NCBI GenBank assembly: GCA_030390025.1
Contig: CM059432.1
Span: 23,934,001-23,998,000 of the forward strand
Origin: Squalus acanthias
Lineage: Eukaryota
Length of the DNA: 64,000 nucleotides
Reading direction: 5' to 3'
A program made the translations under genes and the position numbers. Shown in pieces: positions 49,605 through 61,588 of this stretch. The notes beneath the pieces were generated by a model. The model was given only the letters and a program-made list of their open reading frames with translations. It did not search any database and was not told the origin of the DNA. Numbering within the stretch: position 1 is the stretch's first letter; each line of letters begins with the position of its first letter.

Positions 49605-52600
49605 TTTATATTTGTTCATGGGATGTTGGGCATCGCTGGCAAGGCCAGCATTTTATGCCCATCCCTAATTGCCCTTGAGAAGGTGGTGGTGAGCCGCTTT
49701 CTTGAACCGCTGCAGTCCGTGTGGTGAAGGTATTCCCACAGTGCTGTTAGGGAGGGAGTTCCAGGATTTTGACCCAGCGACGATGAAGGAATGGCGATAT
49801 ACTTCCAAGTCAGGATGGTGTGTGACTTGGAGGGGAACTTGGAGGTGGTGGTGTTCCCATGCATCTGCTGCCCTTGTCCTTCTAGGTGGTAGAGGTCGCG
49901 GGTTTGGGAGGTGCTGCCGAAGAAGCCTTGGTGAATTGCTGCAATGCATCTTGTAGATGGTACACACTGCAGCCACGGTACGCCGGTGGTGGAGGGAGTG
50001 AATGTTTAAGGTGGTGGATAGGGTGCCAATCAAGCGGGCTGCTTTATCTTGGATGGTGTTGAGCTTCTTGAGTGTTGTTGGAGCTACACTCATCCAGGCA
50101 AGTGGAGAGTATTCCATCACACTCCTGACTTGTGCCTTGTAGATGGTGGAAAGGCTTTGGGGAGTCAAGAGGTGAGACACTCGCTACAGAATACCCAGCC
50201 TCTGACATGCTGTTTTTGCCACGGTATTTATGTGGCTGGTCCAGTTAAGTTTCTGGTCAATGGTGACCACTCTGGATATTGATGGTGGGGGATTCGGCGA
50301 TGGTAATGCCATGAATGTCAAGGGACAGTGGTTAGACACTTGCTTGTTGGTGATAGTCATTGTCTGGCACTTGTGTAGCGCGAATGTTACCTGCCACTTA
50401 TCAGCCCAAGCCTGAATGTCGTCCAGGTCTTGCTGCATGCGGGCATGGACTGCTTCATTATCTGAGGAGTTGCGAATGGCACCGAACACTGTGCAGTCAT
50501 CAGCGAACATCCCCACTTCTGACGTTATGATGGCGGGAAGGTCATTGATGAAGCAGATGAAGATGGTTGGGCCTAGGACACTGCCCTGAGGAACTCCTGC
50601 AGCAATGTCCTAGGGCTGTGATGATTGACCTTCAACCACCACAACCATCTCCTTTGTGCTAGGTACGGCTCCAGCCAGTGGAGAGTTTTCTCCCCGATTC
50701 CCATTGACTTCAGTTTTACTAGGGCTCCTTGATGCCAGACTCGGTCAAATGATGTTCTTGATGTCAAGGGCAGTCACTCTCACCTCACCTCTGGAATTCA
50801 TCTCTTTTGTCCATGTTTGGACCAAGGCTGTAATAAGGTCGGGAGCCGAGTTGTCCTGGCGGAACCCAAACTGGTCATCAGTGAGCAGGTTATTGGTGAG
50901 TACGTGCTGCTTGATAGCACTGTCGACGGCACCTTCCATCACTTTGCTGTTGATTGAGAGTAGACTGATGTGGCGGTAATTGGCCAATTGGATTTGTCCT
51001 GCTTTTTGTGGACAGGACATACTTGGGCATTTTTCCACATTATCGGATAGATGCCAGTGTTATAGCTGTACTGGAACAGCTTGACTAGAGGTGTGGCTAG
51101 TTCTGGAGCACAAGTCTTCAGCACGACAGCCGGGATGTTGTCGGGGCCCACAGCCTTTGCCGTATCCAGTGCGCTCAGCCGTTTCTTGATATCACGTGGA
51201 GTGAATTGAATTGGCTGGCTTCTGTGCTGGTGGAGACCTCAGAAGGAGGCCGATATGGATCATCCACTCAGCACTTCTGGCTGAAGATCGTTGCAAATGC
51301 TTCAGCTTTGTCTTTTACACTCACGTGCTAGGCTCCACCATCATTGAGGATGGGGATATTCATGGAGCCTCCTCCTCCCGTTAGTTGTTTAATGATCCAC
51401 CAACATTCACGACTGGATGTGGCAGGACTGCAGAGCTTTGATCTGACCCACTGATTGTGGGATCGCTTAGCTCTGTCTATAGCATGCTGCGTCCAATTTT
51501 AAGCATGTATGTAGTCCTGTGTTGCAGCTTCCCCAGGTTGGCATTGCATTTTTAGGTACACCTGGTGCTGCTCCTGGCATGCTCTTCTACACTCCTTATT
51601 GAACCAGGGTTAATCTCCTGACTTGATGGTAATGGTAGAGTGAGGGATATGCCGGGCTATGAGATTACAGATTGTGGTGGAATACAATTCTGCTGCTGCT
51701 GATGGCCCACAACACCTCATGGATGCCCAGTTTTGAGCTGCTAGATCTGTTCTGAATCTATCCCATTTAGCACGGTGGTAGTGCCACACAACACGATGGA
51801 GAGTGTCCTCAGTGTGAAGACGGGACTTCGTCTCCACAATGACTGTGTGGTGGTCACTGCTACCAATGCTGTCATGGACAGATGCATCTGCGACAGGGAG
51901 ATTGGTGAGGACGAGGTCAAGTCGGTTTTTCCCTCGTGTTGGTTCTCTCACCACCTGTCGCAGGCCCAAACTGGCAGCTATGTCCTTCAGGACTCGGCCA
52001 GCTTGGTCAGTAGTGGTGCTACCGAGCCACTCTAGGTGATGGACATTGAAGTTCCCCAACCAGAGTAAATTCTGTGCCCTTGCTACTCTCAGTGCTACTT
52101 CCAAGTGGTCTTCAACATGGAGGAGTACTGATTCATCAGCTGAGGGAGGCTTAGGTGGTAATCAGCAGGAGGTTTCCTTGCCCATGCTTGGCCTGAAGCC
52201 ATGAAACTTGGGGTCCGGAGTCAATGTTGAGGACTCTCAGGGTCACTCCTTCGCAACTGTATACCACTGTGTCACCACCCCTGGTGGGTCTGCCCGGCCG
52301 GTGGGACAGGACATACCCAGGGATGGTGATGGAGGAGTTTGGGACATTGGCTGAAAGGTTTTGATTCTGTCAGGCTGTTGCTTGACTAGTCTGTGGGACA
52401 GCTCTCCCAATTTTGGCAAAAGTCCCCAGATGTTGGTGAGGAGGACTTTGCAGGGTCGACTGGGCTGGGTGTGCCGTTGTCGTGTCCGTAGCCGGTGCCG
52501 GGTGGTCCGTCCAGTTTTATTCTTATTGTTTTTCGTAGCGTTTTCTTTACAATTGAGTGGCTTGCTAGGCCATTTCAGAGGGCAGTTAAGAGTCAACCAC

Positions 52601-52870
52601 ATTGCTGTGTGTCTGGAGTCACATAGGCTAGACCAGGTAAGGTTGGCAGATTTCCTTCCCTAAAGGACATTGGTGAACTAGATGGGTTTTTACAACAATC
52701 CGATAGTTTCATGGTCACCATTACTGATACTAGCTTTTTATTCCCGATTTATTTAATTGAATTTAAATTCCCCAGCTGTCTTGGTGAGATTTGAACTCAC
52801 ATCTCCAGATCATTAATGCAGGTCTCTGGATTACTAGTACCAGTAACATGACCACAATGCTACTGTTCCC
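49605..52870 (-). mobile_element. Apparently full-length Zenon-like LINE: tRNA-like head plus single frameshifted APE-RT ORF
   Basis: Head gggaacagtagcattgtggtcatgttactgg...gagttcaaatctcacc. APE: VLLTNIWGLLPKL, GNFNVHH, LDLVLTN, SDH. RT: GPDNIP, QFGFRQ, MFADD. Family 3' tail present. Confidence 0.9.
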
Positions 52871-53743
52871 GTTTGATAGGCTTCTGAGATGTTAGTGTGA
52901 TGAACTTCCGTCTTTAGCGGTGCTATCCATTCTTCTTGGAACCTCTGCTCCTATCTTCCACACTTGGACCCGTATCTGGACTATCTGGCTTAATTCTCAG
53001 CTCCCTTGTTCTCAGGGAAACTTGTATATTTAAGTGACGCACTTATATCAGTCTGTATCTGGCTGGTACAGCCCTACAATGTAATTTCTGCAACCTCTCT
53101 CTGTCTGTTGGAGCTGCACTTTCATCTTATTACATATACTAAACAAAGAACTACTACCAAACTATGACAATGAGTACTGCAAGAACTACTAAGAGAACAA
53201 GAAACAAGAACAAACTTTTTGTGTCCAAACTACTATCTTATATATCCTTGATTTTCAAAGTAACCGCAGTTTAATTGACAAATCTGAGTGACACATGTGT
53301 TAGGAGCGTTCACCCCTTTTGGTGTCAATTACCTGAAATAGCCATGTTTACTACCCCTGATGATCTCAGGTGAATGCCGCATCAGAACCTAGACATGCCA
53401 GGTGAGAATTTCACTCACGTAACTTATCAGCTTCTTTTCAACAAAGTGGTTTGCACTCTTTCAGATAAGAAGTGACATATTTATACCTCTTAATAGGTCT
53501 AAGAACATACATAAGAACATAAGAAATAGGAGCAGGAGTAGGCCAATCGGCCCCTCGAGCCTGCTCCGCCATTCAATAAGATCATGGCTGATCTGATCCT
53601 AACCGCCAATCTACTATCTACTATCACAGAACCATCTCCTGCATCTAACAGAATTGCACACATGAAATAGGAGCAGAATCAGGCTACACGGTCCCTGGGC
53701 CCGCTCCACTACCCACAGGGCCATGACCGATCCGAACCTAGAC

Positions 53744-56695
53744 TCATGTCCAAATTCCTGCCCGCTCCCCGTAACCCTTAATGCCCTTTACTTCTAGGAA
53801 ACTGTCTATTTCTGTTTTAAATTTATTTAATGATGTAGCTTCTACAGCTTTTTGTGGCAGCATATTCCATGGGCCTACCACCCTCTGAGTGAAGTAGTTC
53901 CTCCTCATCTCAGTTTTGAAAGAGCAGCCCTTTATTCTAAGACTATGTCCCCTAGTTCTAGTCTCACCCGTCATCGGGAACATCCTCCCCGCATCCACCC
54001 GATCCAACCCCTTCATAATCTTATATGTTTCAATAAGATCGCCTCTCATTCTTCTGAACTCCAATGAGTAGAGTCCCAATCTACACAACCTCTCCTCATA
54101 TGACCACCCCCTCATCCCCGGGATTAACCGAGTGAACCTTTTTTGCACTGCCTCGAGAGCAAGGATGTCTTTCCTTAAGTAAGGACACCAAAACTGTATG
54201 CAGTATTCCAGGTGCGGTCTCACCAATACCTTGTACAACTGAAGCAATACCTCCCTATTTTTATATTCTATCCCCCTAGCAATGAAAGCCAACATTCCAT
54301 TTGCCTTCTTAATCACTTGCTGCACCTGCATACTAACCTTTTGAGTTTTGTGCACCAGGACCCCCAGATCCCTTTGCACTTCAGTACTCTCCAGTTTCTT
54401 GCCATTAAGATAATAAATTGCTCTAGGATTTTTCCTGCCAAAGTGCATCACCTCACACTTTCCAGTGTTGTATTCCATCTGCCAAATCTCTGCCCACTTA
54501 CTTAGCCTGTCTATGTCCCCTTGCAGGTTTTTTATGTCCTCCTCACTCACTACTTTCCCTCCCATCTTAGTATCATCTGCAAATTTTGATATGTTACACT
54601 TGGTCCCTTCCTCCAAATCGTTAATATAGATTGTAAAGAGTTGGGGACCCAGCACTGACCCCTGTGGAACACCACTAGTTACTGATTGCCAGTCTGAGAA
54701 TGAACCATTTATCACAACTCTTTGCTTTCTGTTAGATAGCCAATCCTCTATCCATGCCAGAATATTACCCCCAATCCCGTGATTTTTTACCTTAAGCAAT
54801 AATCTTTTGTGTGGCACCTTGTCAAATGCCTTTTGGAAGTCTAAATACACTACGTCCACTGGTTCCCCTTTATCCACTCTATATGTTACTTCCTCAAAGA
54901 ACTCCAGCAAATTTGTCAAACATGACTTCCCCTTCGTAAAACCATGCTGACTTTGTCCTATTAAATTATGATTATCCAAATGTCCTGTTACTGTTTCCTT
55001 AATAATGGACTCCAAAATTTTACCTACCACAGATGTTAGGCTAACCGGTCTATAGTTACCAGCCTTCTGTCTACTGCCCTTTTTAAATAAGGGTGTTACA
55101 TTAGCAGTTTTCCAGTCTGCCGGGACCTTAGCGGAATCCAGGGAGTTTTGAAAAATTATTACCAATGCATCTACAATCCCTACCGCCACTTCCTTCAAGA
55201 CTCTAGGATGTAAGCCATCAGGTCCAGGTGATTTATCTGCCTTGAGTCCCATTATTTTACCGAGTACCACTTCCTTAGTGATTTTGATCGTGTTTAGCTC
55301 CTCTCCCCCTATAGCCCCCTGTTTGTCCAGTGTTGGGATATTCTTAGTGTCCTCTCCTGTAAAGACTGATACAAAATATTCATTCAGTGTTTTTGCCATC
55401 TCCATATTTCCCACCATTAATTTCCCGGTCTCATCCTCTAAGGGACCAACATTTACTTTAGCCACCCTTTTTCTTTTTATATAACTATAAAAACTCTTAC
55501 TATCTGTTTTTATATTTTTTGCTAATTTACTTTCATAATCTATCTTCCCTTTCTTAATCAATCTTTTTGTTATTTTTTGCTGACTTTTAAAGTTTTCCCA
55601 ATCCTCTGTCCTCCCACTAGATTTCGCTACCTTATATGCCCTTGTTTTTAGTCGAATACTATCCTTACTTTCTTTACTTAGCCACGGATGACTGTCCTTT
55701 CTTTTACACCCTTTTCTTTTCAGTGGAATATATATTTTTTGGAAGTTGTAAAATAACTCCTTGAATGTACACCACTGATCATGTATCGTCTTACCCTTTA
55801 ATCTATTTTCCCAATCCACTCTACTCAATTCCGCTCGCATACCTTCATAGTCTCCTTTATTCAAGCTTAGCACGCTTGTTTGAGATCCAAACTTCTCACC
55901 CTCTAATTGAATATGGAATTCAACCATGTTATGGTCACTCATTCCAAGGGGATCCTTTACTAGGACATTTTTAATTAATCCTGTCTCGTTACACAGGACC
56001 AGATCTAAGGTTGCTTGCCCCCTGGTCAGTTCAGTTACATACTGCTCAAGAAACCCATCCCTAATACACTCAATGAACTCATCCTCAAGGCAGCCCTGCC
56101 CCATTTGATTTGTCCAATTAATATGATAGTTAAAATCCCCCATAATTATAGATGTTCCCTTATTACATGCCTCAACTATTTCCTGATTGATACTCCGTCC
56201 AACAGAGTTGCAACTGTTCGGAGGCCTATAGACTACGCCCACTAGTGTTTTTTTCCCCTTATTATTCCTTATGTCCACCCAAACTGTTTCATTATCATGA
56301 TTTTTTGACCCAATATCATTACTCTGTATTACAGTGATTCCTTCCTTTATTAACATAGCCACCCCACCTCCCCTTCCTTCCTGCCTGTCCTTCCTGATCG
56401 TTAAATAACCTGGTATGTTTAATTCCCAGGCATTGTCACCCTGCAGCCATGTTTCTGTAATGGCCACAATATCATAACCATATGTAGTTATTTGTGCCAT
56501 TAACTCATCTATTTTGTTACGAATGCTACGTGCATTCAGATAGAGAACTTTCAAATATGCTTTGTGGCACTTGGTTCCTGCTTTTTCACTTTTTACCACT
56601 TTACCTTTTACTCCACACACTCTGTCCCTTCCTGCCACGCTCTGATCTGTGATTCCCCTACTGCTACCTATGTCTATGACCCTCTCTGTTGTCAT
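53744..56695 (-). CDS. CR1 ORF2 endonuclease/reverse transcriptase, uninterrupted 983 aa
   Basis: APE: YLNARSI, ITETWL, YRPP, GDFN, LDLVL, SDH. RT: PGPDG, NYRPVSLTS, QHGF, DFQKAFDKV, GVPQGSVLGP, FADDTK. Confidence 0.96.
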   Translation of the reverse strand: MTTERVIDIGSSRGITDQSVAGRDRVCGVKGKVVKSEKAGTKCHKAYLKVLYLNARSIRNKIDELMAQITTYGYDIVAITETWLQGDNAWELNIPGYLTIRKDRQEGRGGGVAMLIKEGITVIQSNDIGSKNHDNETVWVDIRNNKGKKTLVGVVYRPPNSCNSVGRSINQEIVEACNKGTSIIMGDFNYHINWTNQMGQGCLEDEFIECIRDGFLEQYVTELTRGQATLDLVLCNETGLIKNVLVKDPLGMSDHNMVEFHIQLEGEKFGSQTSVLSLNKGDYEGMRAELSRVDWENRLKGKTIHDQWCTFKELFYNFQKIYIPLKRKGCKRKDSHPWLSKESKDSIRLKTRAYKVAKSSGRTEDWENFKSQQKITKRLIKKGKIDYESKLAKNIKTDSKSFYSYIKRKRVAKVNVGPLEDETGKLMVGNMEMAKTLNEYFVSVFTGEDTKNIPTLDKQGAIGGEELNTIKITKEVVLGKIMGLKADKSPGPDGLHPRVLKEVAVGIVDALVIIFQNSLDSAKVPADWKTANVTPLFKKGSRQKAGNYRPVSLTSVVGKILESIIKETVTGHLDNHNLIGQSQHGFTKGKSCLTNLLEFFEEVTYRVDKGEPVDVVYLDFQKAFDKVPHKRLLLKVKNHGIGGNILAWIEDWLSNRKQRVVINGSFSDWQSVTSGVPQGSVLGPQLFTIYINDLEEGTKCNISKFADDTKMGGKVVSEEDIKNLQGDIDRLSKWAEIWQMEYNTGKCEVMHFGRKNPRAIYYLNGKKLESTEVQRDLGVLVHKTQKVSMQVQQVIKKANGMLAFIARGIEYKNREVLLQLYKVLVRPHLEYCIQFWCPYLRKDILALEAVQKRFTRLIPGMRGWSYEERLCRLGLYSLEFRRMRGDLIETYKIMKGLDRVDAGRMFPMTGETRTRGHSLRIKGCSFKTEMRRNYFTQRVVGPWNMLPQKAVEATSLNKFKTEIDSFLEVKGIKGYGERAGIWT

Positions 56696-56733
56696 TTTTA
56701 TTTTTTGCTCTCTTGAAACCTCCCCCCCACTAA

Positions 56734-57261
56734 TTAGTTTAAAGCCCTCTCTACAGCCCTAGTTATTCGATTCGCCAGGACACTAGTCCCAGCACTGGCC
56801 AAGTGAAGTCCGTCCCAACGGAACAGCTCTCTCCTGCCCCAGGACTGGTGCCAGTGTCCCAAGAAGCAAAATCCATTTTTCCCACACCAGTCTTTGAGCC
56901 ACGCATTCAACTCCCTGATTTTATTTACCCTAGCCAAATTTGCTCTTGGCTCAGGTAGTAATCCAGAGATTATTACCCTCGAGGTTCTGCTTTTTAATTT
57001 GGCCCCTAGCTGCTCAAACTCCCTCAGCAGAACCTCTTTCCTTGTCCTATCTATGTCATTGGTACCAATATAGACCACGACAACTGGATCCTCCCCCTCC
57101 CACTCCAAGTTTCTCTCCAGCCCAGAGGAGATGTCGTTAACCCTGGCACCGGGCAGGCAACACAGCCTTCGGGACTCTCGCTCTTGGCTGCAAAGAACCC
57201 TATCTATCCCCCTAATGATACTATCCCCTACCACTACAACATTTCTTTTTACTCCCCCCAC
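56734..57261 (-). CDS. CR1 ORF1 SGNH-esterase domain (5'-truncated)
   Basis: VVVGDSIIRG, LPGARVND, IGTND, DGLHL. Confidence 0.88.
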   Translation of the reverse strand: MGGVKRNVVVVGDSIIRGIDRVLCSQERESRRLCCLPGARVNDISSGLERNLEWEGEDPVVVVYIGTNDIDRTRKEVLLREFEQLGAKLKSRTSRVIISGLLPEPRANLARVNKIRELNAWLKDWCGKNGFCFLGHWHQSWGRRELFRWDGLHLASAGTSVLANRITRAVERALN

Positions 57262-57707
57262 TTGAATGGCCCCCTTACCACGGTGCTGTGGCCAGGTTGC
57301 TCATCCTCCCTGCAGTCCCCGCTCCTATCCACACAGGGAGTAAGAGCCTTGAACCTGCGGCCTTGATGAATAATGCTTCCCCAATTTCTGTATAATTTCA
57401 CATAAGCCCGGTGGTTGATGTTAGTATTAGCCTTTTTGGTTTCCCAGTGTGTAGTCTGACTACTGACTCCATTTTGAGGAAGCATTTAAGGCAATTCTTA
57501 GGGCATTTCTCCTACAGTTAGAAACAGGTGAGTTTGGGTAGCGTCACCCCACTTTTACATAACTATGGGCCAATAGTACGAAACTCCCATTCACACAACA
57601 TTAATTAAGATTTTGTATTAATTAAGATTGTCTCATTCAGCACAAACAGGGTATTGAACCTAGAAAATTCTCATCTGTGTGGCTTTACATCACACCTTGC
57701 AGTGTCT

Positions 57708-58008
57708 GGGAACACGGTGGCATAGTGGTTAGCACTGTTGCCTCACAGCGCCAGGGACCCGGATTCAAATCCGGCCTCGGGTGACTGTCTGTGTGGAGTT
57801 TGCACATTCTCCCCGTGTCTGCGTGGGTTTCCTCCGGGTGCTCCGGTTTCCTCCCACAGTCCAAAGATGTGTGGGTTAGGTTGATTTGGCTATGATAAAT
57901 TGACCCTTAGTGTTAGGGGGGATTAAATAGGTTGGGATATGTGTCGGTGCAGGCTCGATGGGCCGAAATGGCCTCTATCTGCACTGTGGGGATTCTGTGA
58001 TTCTGTGA
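57708..58008 (+). mobile_element. HE1/V-SINE
   Basis: A box tggcatagtgg, B box ggattcaaatcc, V domain and tail gattctgtgattctgtg. Confidence 0.93.
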
Positions 58009-58876
58009 AGGAGAGGAAATGGGGAAGGTATGATATGAAGAACTGCATGAAATGGGATTGAATTAGTAGTCACACACAGAGATGCCACAAGGATGGCTGT
58101 TCTGCGGAATGAACAATGCACTGAAGTAGAGATCTCTTCTGAGTTGTTGGATCATAGTAGAGTAGAGAGTGTTGCCTTACACTTGGCCAGTGCTGTGGCT
58201 GATTTTGGAGTATTCCTACCCGAGGTGCAAAAAAGAAAATGCCCAGCACAGCATCCATCATGGTGATGTTGTAAGGAAAGCGTTAACCAGACTGTACTGA
58301 GGTCTGCTAATGTTATACTGCTATTGATTTCTCTTTATATTGTAGTAATAGTAACCTTTAGCTTTTGTCTTGTTAAGCGAGGAAATATAAGTCAATTTAG
58401 ATGCAGTAATCACTGAACTGTTGAATTAAAACTGACCTTAAAGCAATGGTCAGTTTACTACCTAATTAACAGACATTCCAAAGCATACCTGATGCATATA
58501 CTTCAGAGAAGTTTAATTAGCTGCTAACAAGTTCTGCAGAAGGAAACATCTGCGACTACATCATCCTTTTTAGAAGAAGGAGATTGGTATGAAATGGTAC
58601 AGACTTATAATTAAACATTTCAAATGGTAGAATAGCAACAAGAGTGAAACTGTCGATAAGATCATGAAGTAGGGGAGTTGTACCGCTCCACGGAAAAAGA
58701 ACTTGTTAAACTAAAGTTATTGACAATGGACAAGCTCATTAAAATTGACCTCATAGAGTTGTATTATGTAATGCAGAAATGTGTGGATTGTCACGTAGAA
58801 GGGGTAAGGAGAAGATAGAAAAAGTGAGTGTTGGAACAGATACTTAAGATTTATAAAGGTCTGAGATACTGAACTT

Positions 58877-59341
58877 AAAACTGTAGCCCGTGTCCTAACT
58901 CGCACCAATCCCGCTCACACATCACCCCTGTGCTCGCCGACCTACATTGACTCCCAGTTAAGCAACGCCTGGATTTTAAAATTCTCACCCTTGTTTTCAA
59001 ATCCCCCCATGGCCTCACCCCTCCCTATCTCTGTAATCTCCTCCAGCCCTACAACCCCCTGAGATCACTGCACTTCGCCAACTCTGGCCACTTGAGCATT
59101 CCCGATTTTAATTGCTCCACTTCAGCTGCCTAGGTCTTAAGCTTTGGAATTCCTTCCGTAAACCTTTCCGTCACTTCACTTCTCTTTGCTCCTTAAAACC
59201 CACCTCTTTGACCAAGCTTTTGGTCATCTGCCCTACAAACTCCTTGGTGTCAATTTTTTTTGTTTTTGATAACGCTCCTGTGAAGCGCCTTGTGATGTTT
59301 TACTACATTAAAGGTGATACAAAAATATAAGTTGTTGTTGT
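58877..59341 (+). mobile_element. L2 LINE 3' end
   Basis: Reverse complement of 35961-36450, with tail acattaaaggtgatacaaaaatataagttgttgttg. Confidence 0.88.
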
Positions 59342-59524
59342 AACACATTTGAGTCCTCCAACTAAACGCGTAAGGTTTTGTCATAACTACTGCTTTTTAA
59401 GTGTATGTTTAATTACCGTATACTTCATAAATCTGTGACATCTGACACTCAATTCTTATGCACCCTATTGATTTGAGGAATAAATTATAAGCAAGAACAC
59501 CCTTATCCTCTCTAACAATGACAC

Positions 59525-59815
59525 TGATGAGTTAGTTGATTTCAGCTGAGGCAGAGGTTGGGCGACCTCCATATCCTGGGCTAGGGAGAAATCGGTCCGC
59601 GTTCCTACTCCCAAATGCTATCTGGTGATCTGTGCGGGAAAGCACTGGTGTGTGGATAGGATCCGGCTTAGCTCTGATGCTCCCACAATTGCAAAGCATG
59701 GGGCCCACTCGCTGTCTCGGATTGTACATAAATAAAGGCCACTTAGGCGATGTACAATGCACCCCTGAGGTGGCACTCCAACAGCAATTGAAGGAGGAGG
59801 AAAATCAGGAACAAA
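59525..59815 (+). mobile_element. AmnSINE2-like SINE
   Basis: tgagttagttgatttcagctgagg...cctgggctagggaga...ggccacttaggcga. Confidence 0.55.
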
Positions 59816-60309
59816 AAGGAGCCGTGGGCAGCTCAACTGATCGCAAGACTGCTAGAAATCAAAAGGAGTAAAGTACACAGATAACAGTTTATACTAAACC
59901 TACAGAAACAATTATGGACATAGGATGAGATTGGTATTTAGTCGTGCATGAAGAGACCATGTTTGTTTGAGCTATTAGGTAGGTGGACTTAAAGGGTCAA
60001 TTTAAAGGACAGAAACAGCCTACAGGCAAAGTACCAGACACAGAGTCATTTCGAGGCTCCACATAGTACAAAATTCTTTTCAAACTCAACAACGCAGACA
60101 GTAAAGAATGATCCATTAGTACTGGAAATGAATTCTACGGATGGTTTCACTGCTATTATACAATGTAAGGGGCAAAGTCTTCAGGATGTCTAAATAACTA
60201 AGTGGTTATTGCCTCCAACAGCATACAGATTAACTAGAAGCACAGAGTGCAATGCATTTATAGATGGGCTTTAGTTTTTAAGGGGTGATCATCTTTTTCT
60301 TTTTCACTG

Positions 60310-60640
60310 ATTTCCTCTTTTCCCCTCCTCTCCTCTCCTGATGATGCTGACTGTTGCTGTGGTATGCACCCTTGGGTGCTGCTTGCTCTCTGGCACTTAC
60401 CCAAGTGGGCATTCTTCACGCATTAGCTTTGGTAGTGAGTCTTGGCAGGCTTTTCAACCATGTGGAGCATCACAACGGAGCCCAGTTATCCAGTTAACCC
60501 TTATGGAATGGGTTAACTGGATAAGCGATCAGGCTGATCTTTCCTTCCTTAACCCATGGATGCTTAGACAAATTATGGATTCCCTGTTAGTGATAGATGC
60601 AGGGACATTATAGGATGTTCGGCATTATGGCACAGAATGT
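60310..60640 (-). mobile_element. AmnSINE2-like SINE
   Basis: Reverse motifs cccctcctctcctctcctg...cccaagtgggcattcttcac...ctggataagcgatcagg. Confidence 0.5.
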
Positions 60641-61204
60641 CCCATTTGTTCCATGGCACTTGTGCCAATGCTAACTCTTCAAATTCAGCTCTCTGCCAAA
60701 TCTCTAATTCCGTTTCCCTCCTTATACTTTTATATTGTTTCTTTCTATTCAAATACTAATTTTTTTTAAAATGATATAGTGACTACCTGAATAGCCATTG
60801 ACAGTAAATCATTCCACATTCTCATGTGAACCTTTGGCGCTGATCTCATCAGAGTATGCAGAAGTCAAATTTAACAGAGTGGGAATAATCTCCAATCGCA
60901 ATTGATTATACAAAGATTATGCGTAGCTCCAAATCCGTTATTTGGTCCTTCTTGTCTTGGGCATTCCGTTGGTTCATCCTTGTCCCATTTAGCTTCATTA
61001 CATATGGGATCTTGCCTTTTTGCCAAAGTCTGTGGACCAGAGAGTACTTCGAATGACAGCTGGGCCCATTCCCCATGAAGATTCTGTGAAGCCTTTTAAT
61101 ATCTCATTCGTGGAGCAATTGGATCAGTTCTGCAATATATGAAAATATATGCTGGTGCCCTGAGTACACCTCCTTTATATTACATCTGCAATTTTTGCAT
61201 TTCT

Positions 61205-61533
61205 GATAACGGATCTTCTCTGGTGGGGGAGTCCAGGACAAGGAAACATAACCTTAAAATCAGAGCCAGGCCATTCAGGAGAGAAGTTAAGAAACACTTC
61301 TTCACGCAAAGGGTGGTAGAACTGTGGAACTCTCTCCCACAAAAAGCAGTAGATGCTCGCTCAATTAATAAGTTTAACTTTGAGATCGATAGATTTTTGC
61401 TAGCCAAGGGTATTAAGGGATATGGAGCCAAGACAGGTGGATGGAGTTCGGACACAGATCAGCCATGATCTCATTGAATAGTGGAACAGGCTCGAGGGGC
61501 TGAATGGCCTACTCCTGTTCCTATGTTCCTATG
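61205..61533 (+). mobile_element. CR1 3' end
   Basis: VGESRTRKHNLKIR...FFTQRVVELWNSLP and an (ttcctatg)n tail. Confidence 0.92.
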
Positions 61534-61588
61534 AAGGGGTTGTCAGTGCATGCCGACACCGACAATACAAACATTTGACCTGTGCATG

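Larger units (their letters stand above)
53505..57360 (-). mobile_element. CR1 LINE, 5'-truncated within ORF1, with intact ORF2
   Basis: ORF1 esterase part, ORF2, 3' UTR and (acataaga)n tail are in order. Confidence 0.96.

Noticed and set aside
57708..57785. tRNA genes (also at 4782, 25320, 46240, 47045, 52790)
   Set aside because: The tRNA-like heads run directly into SINE or LINE bodies, so they are not standalone tRNAs.
60860..61080. Two open minus-strand frames as a host exon
   Set aside because: There is no convincing splice-site pair and no recognisable protein motif.
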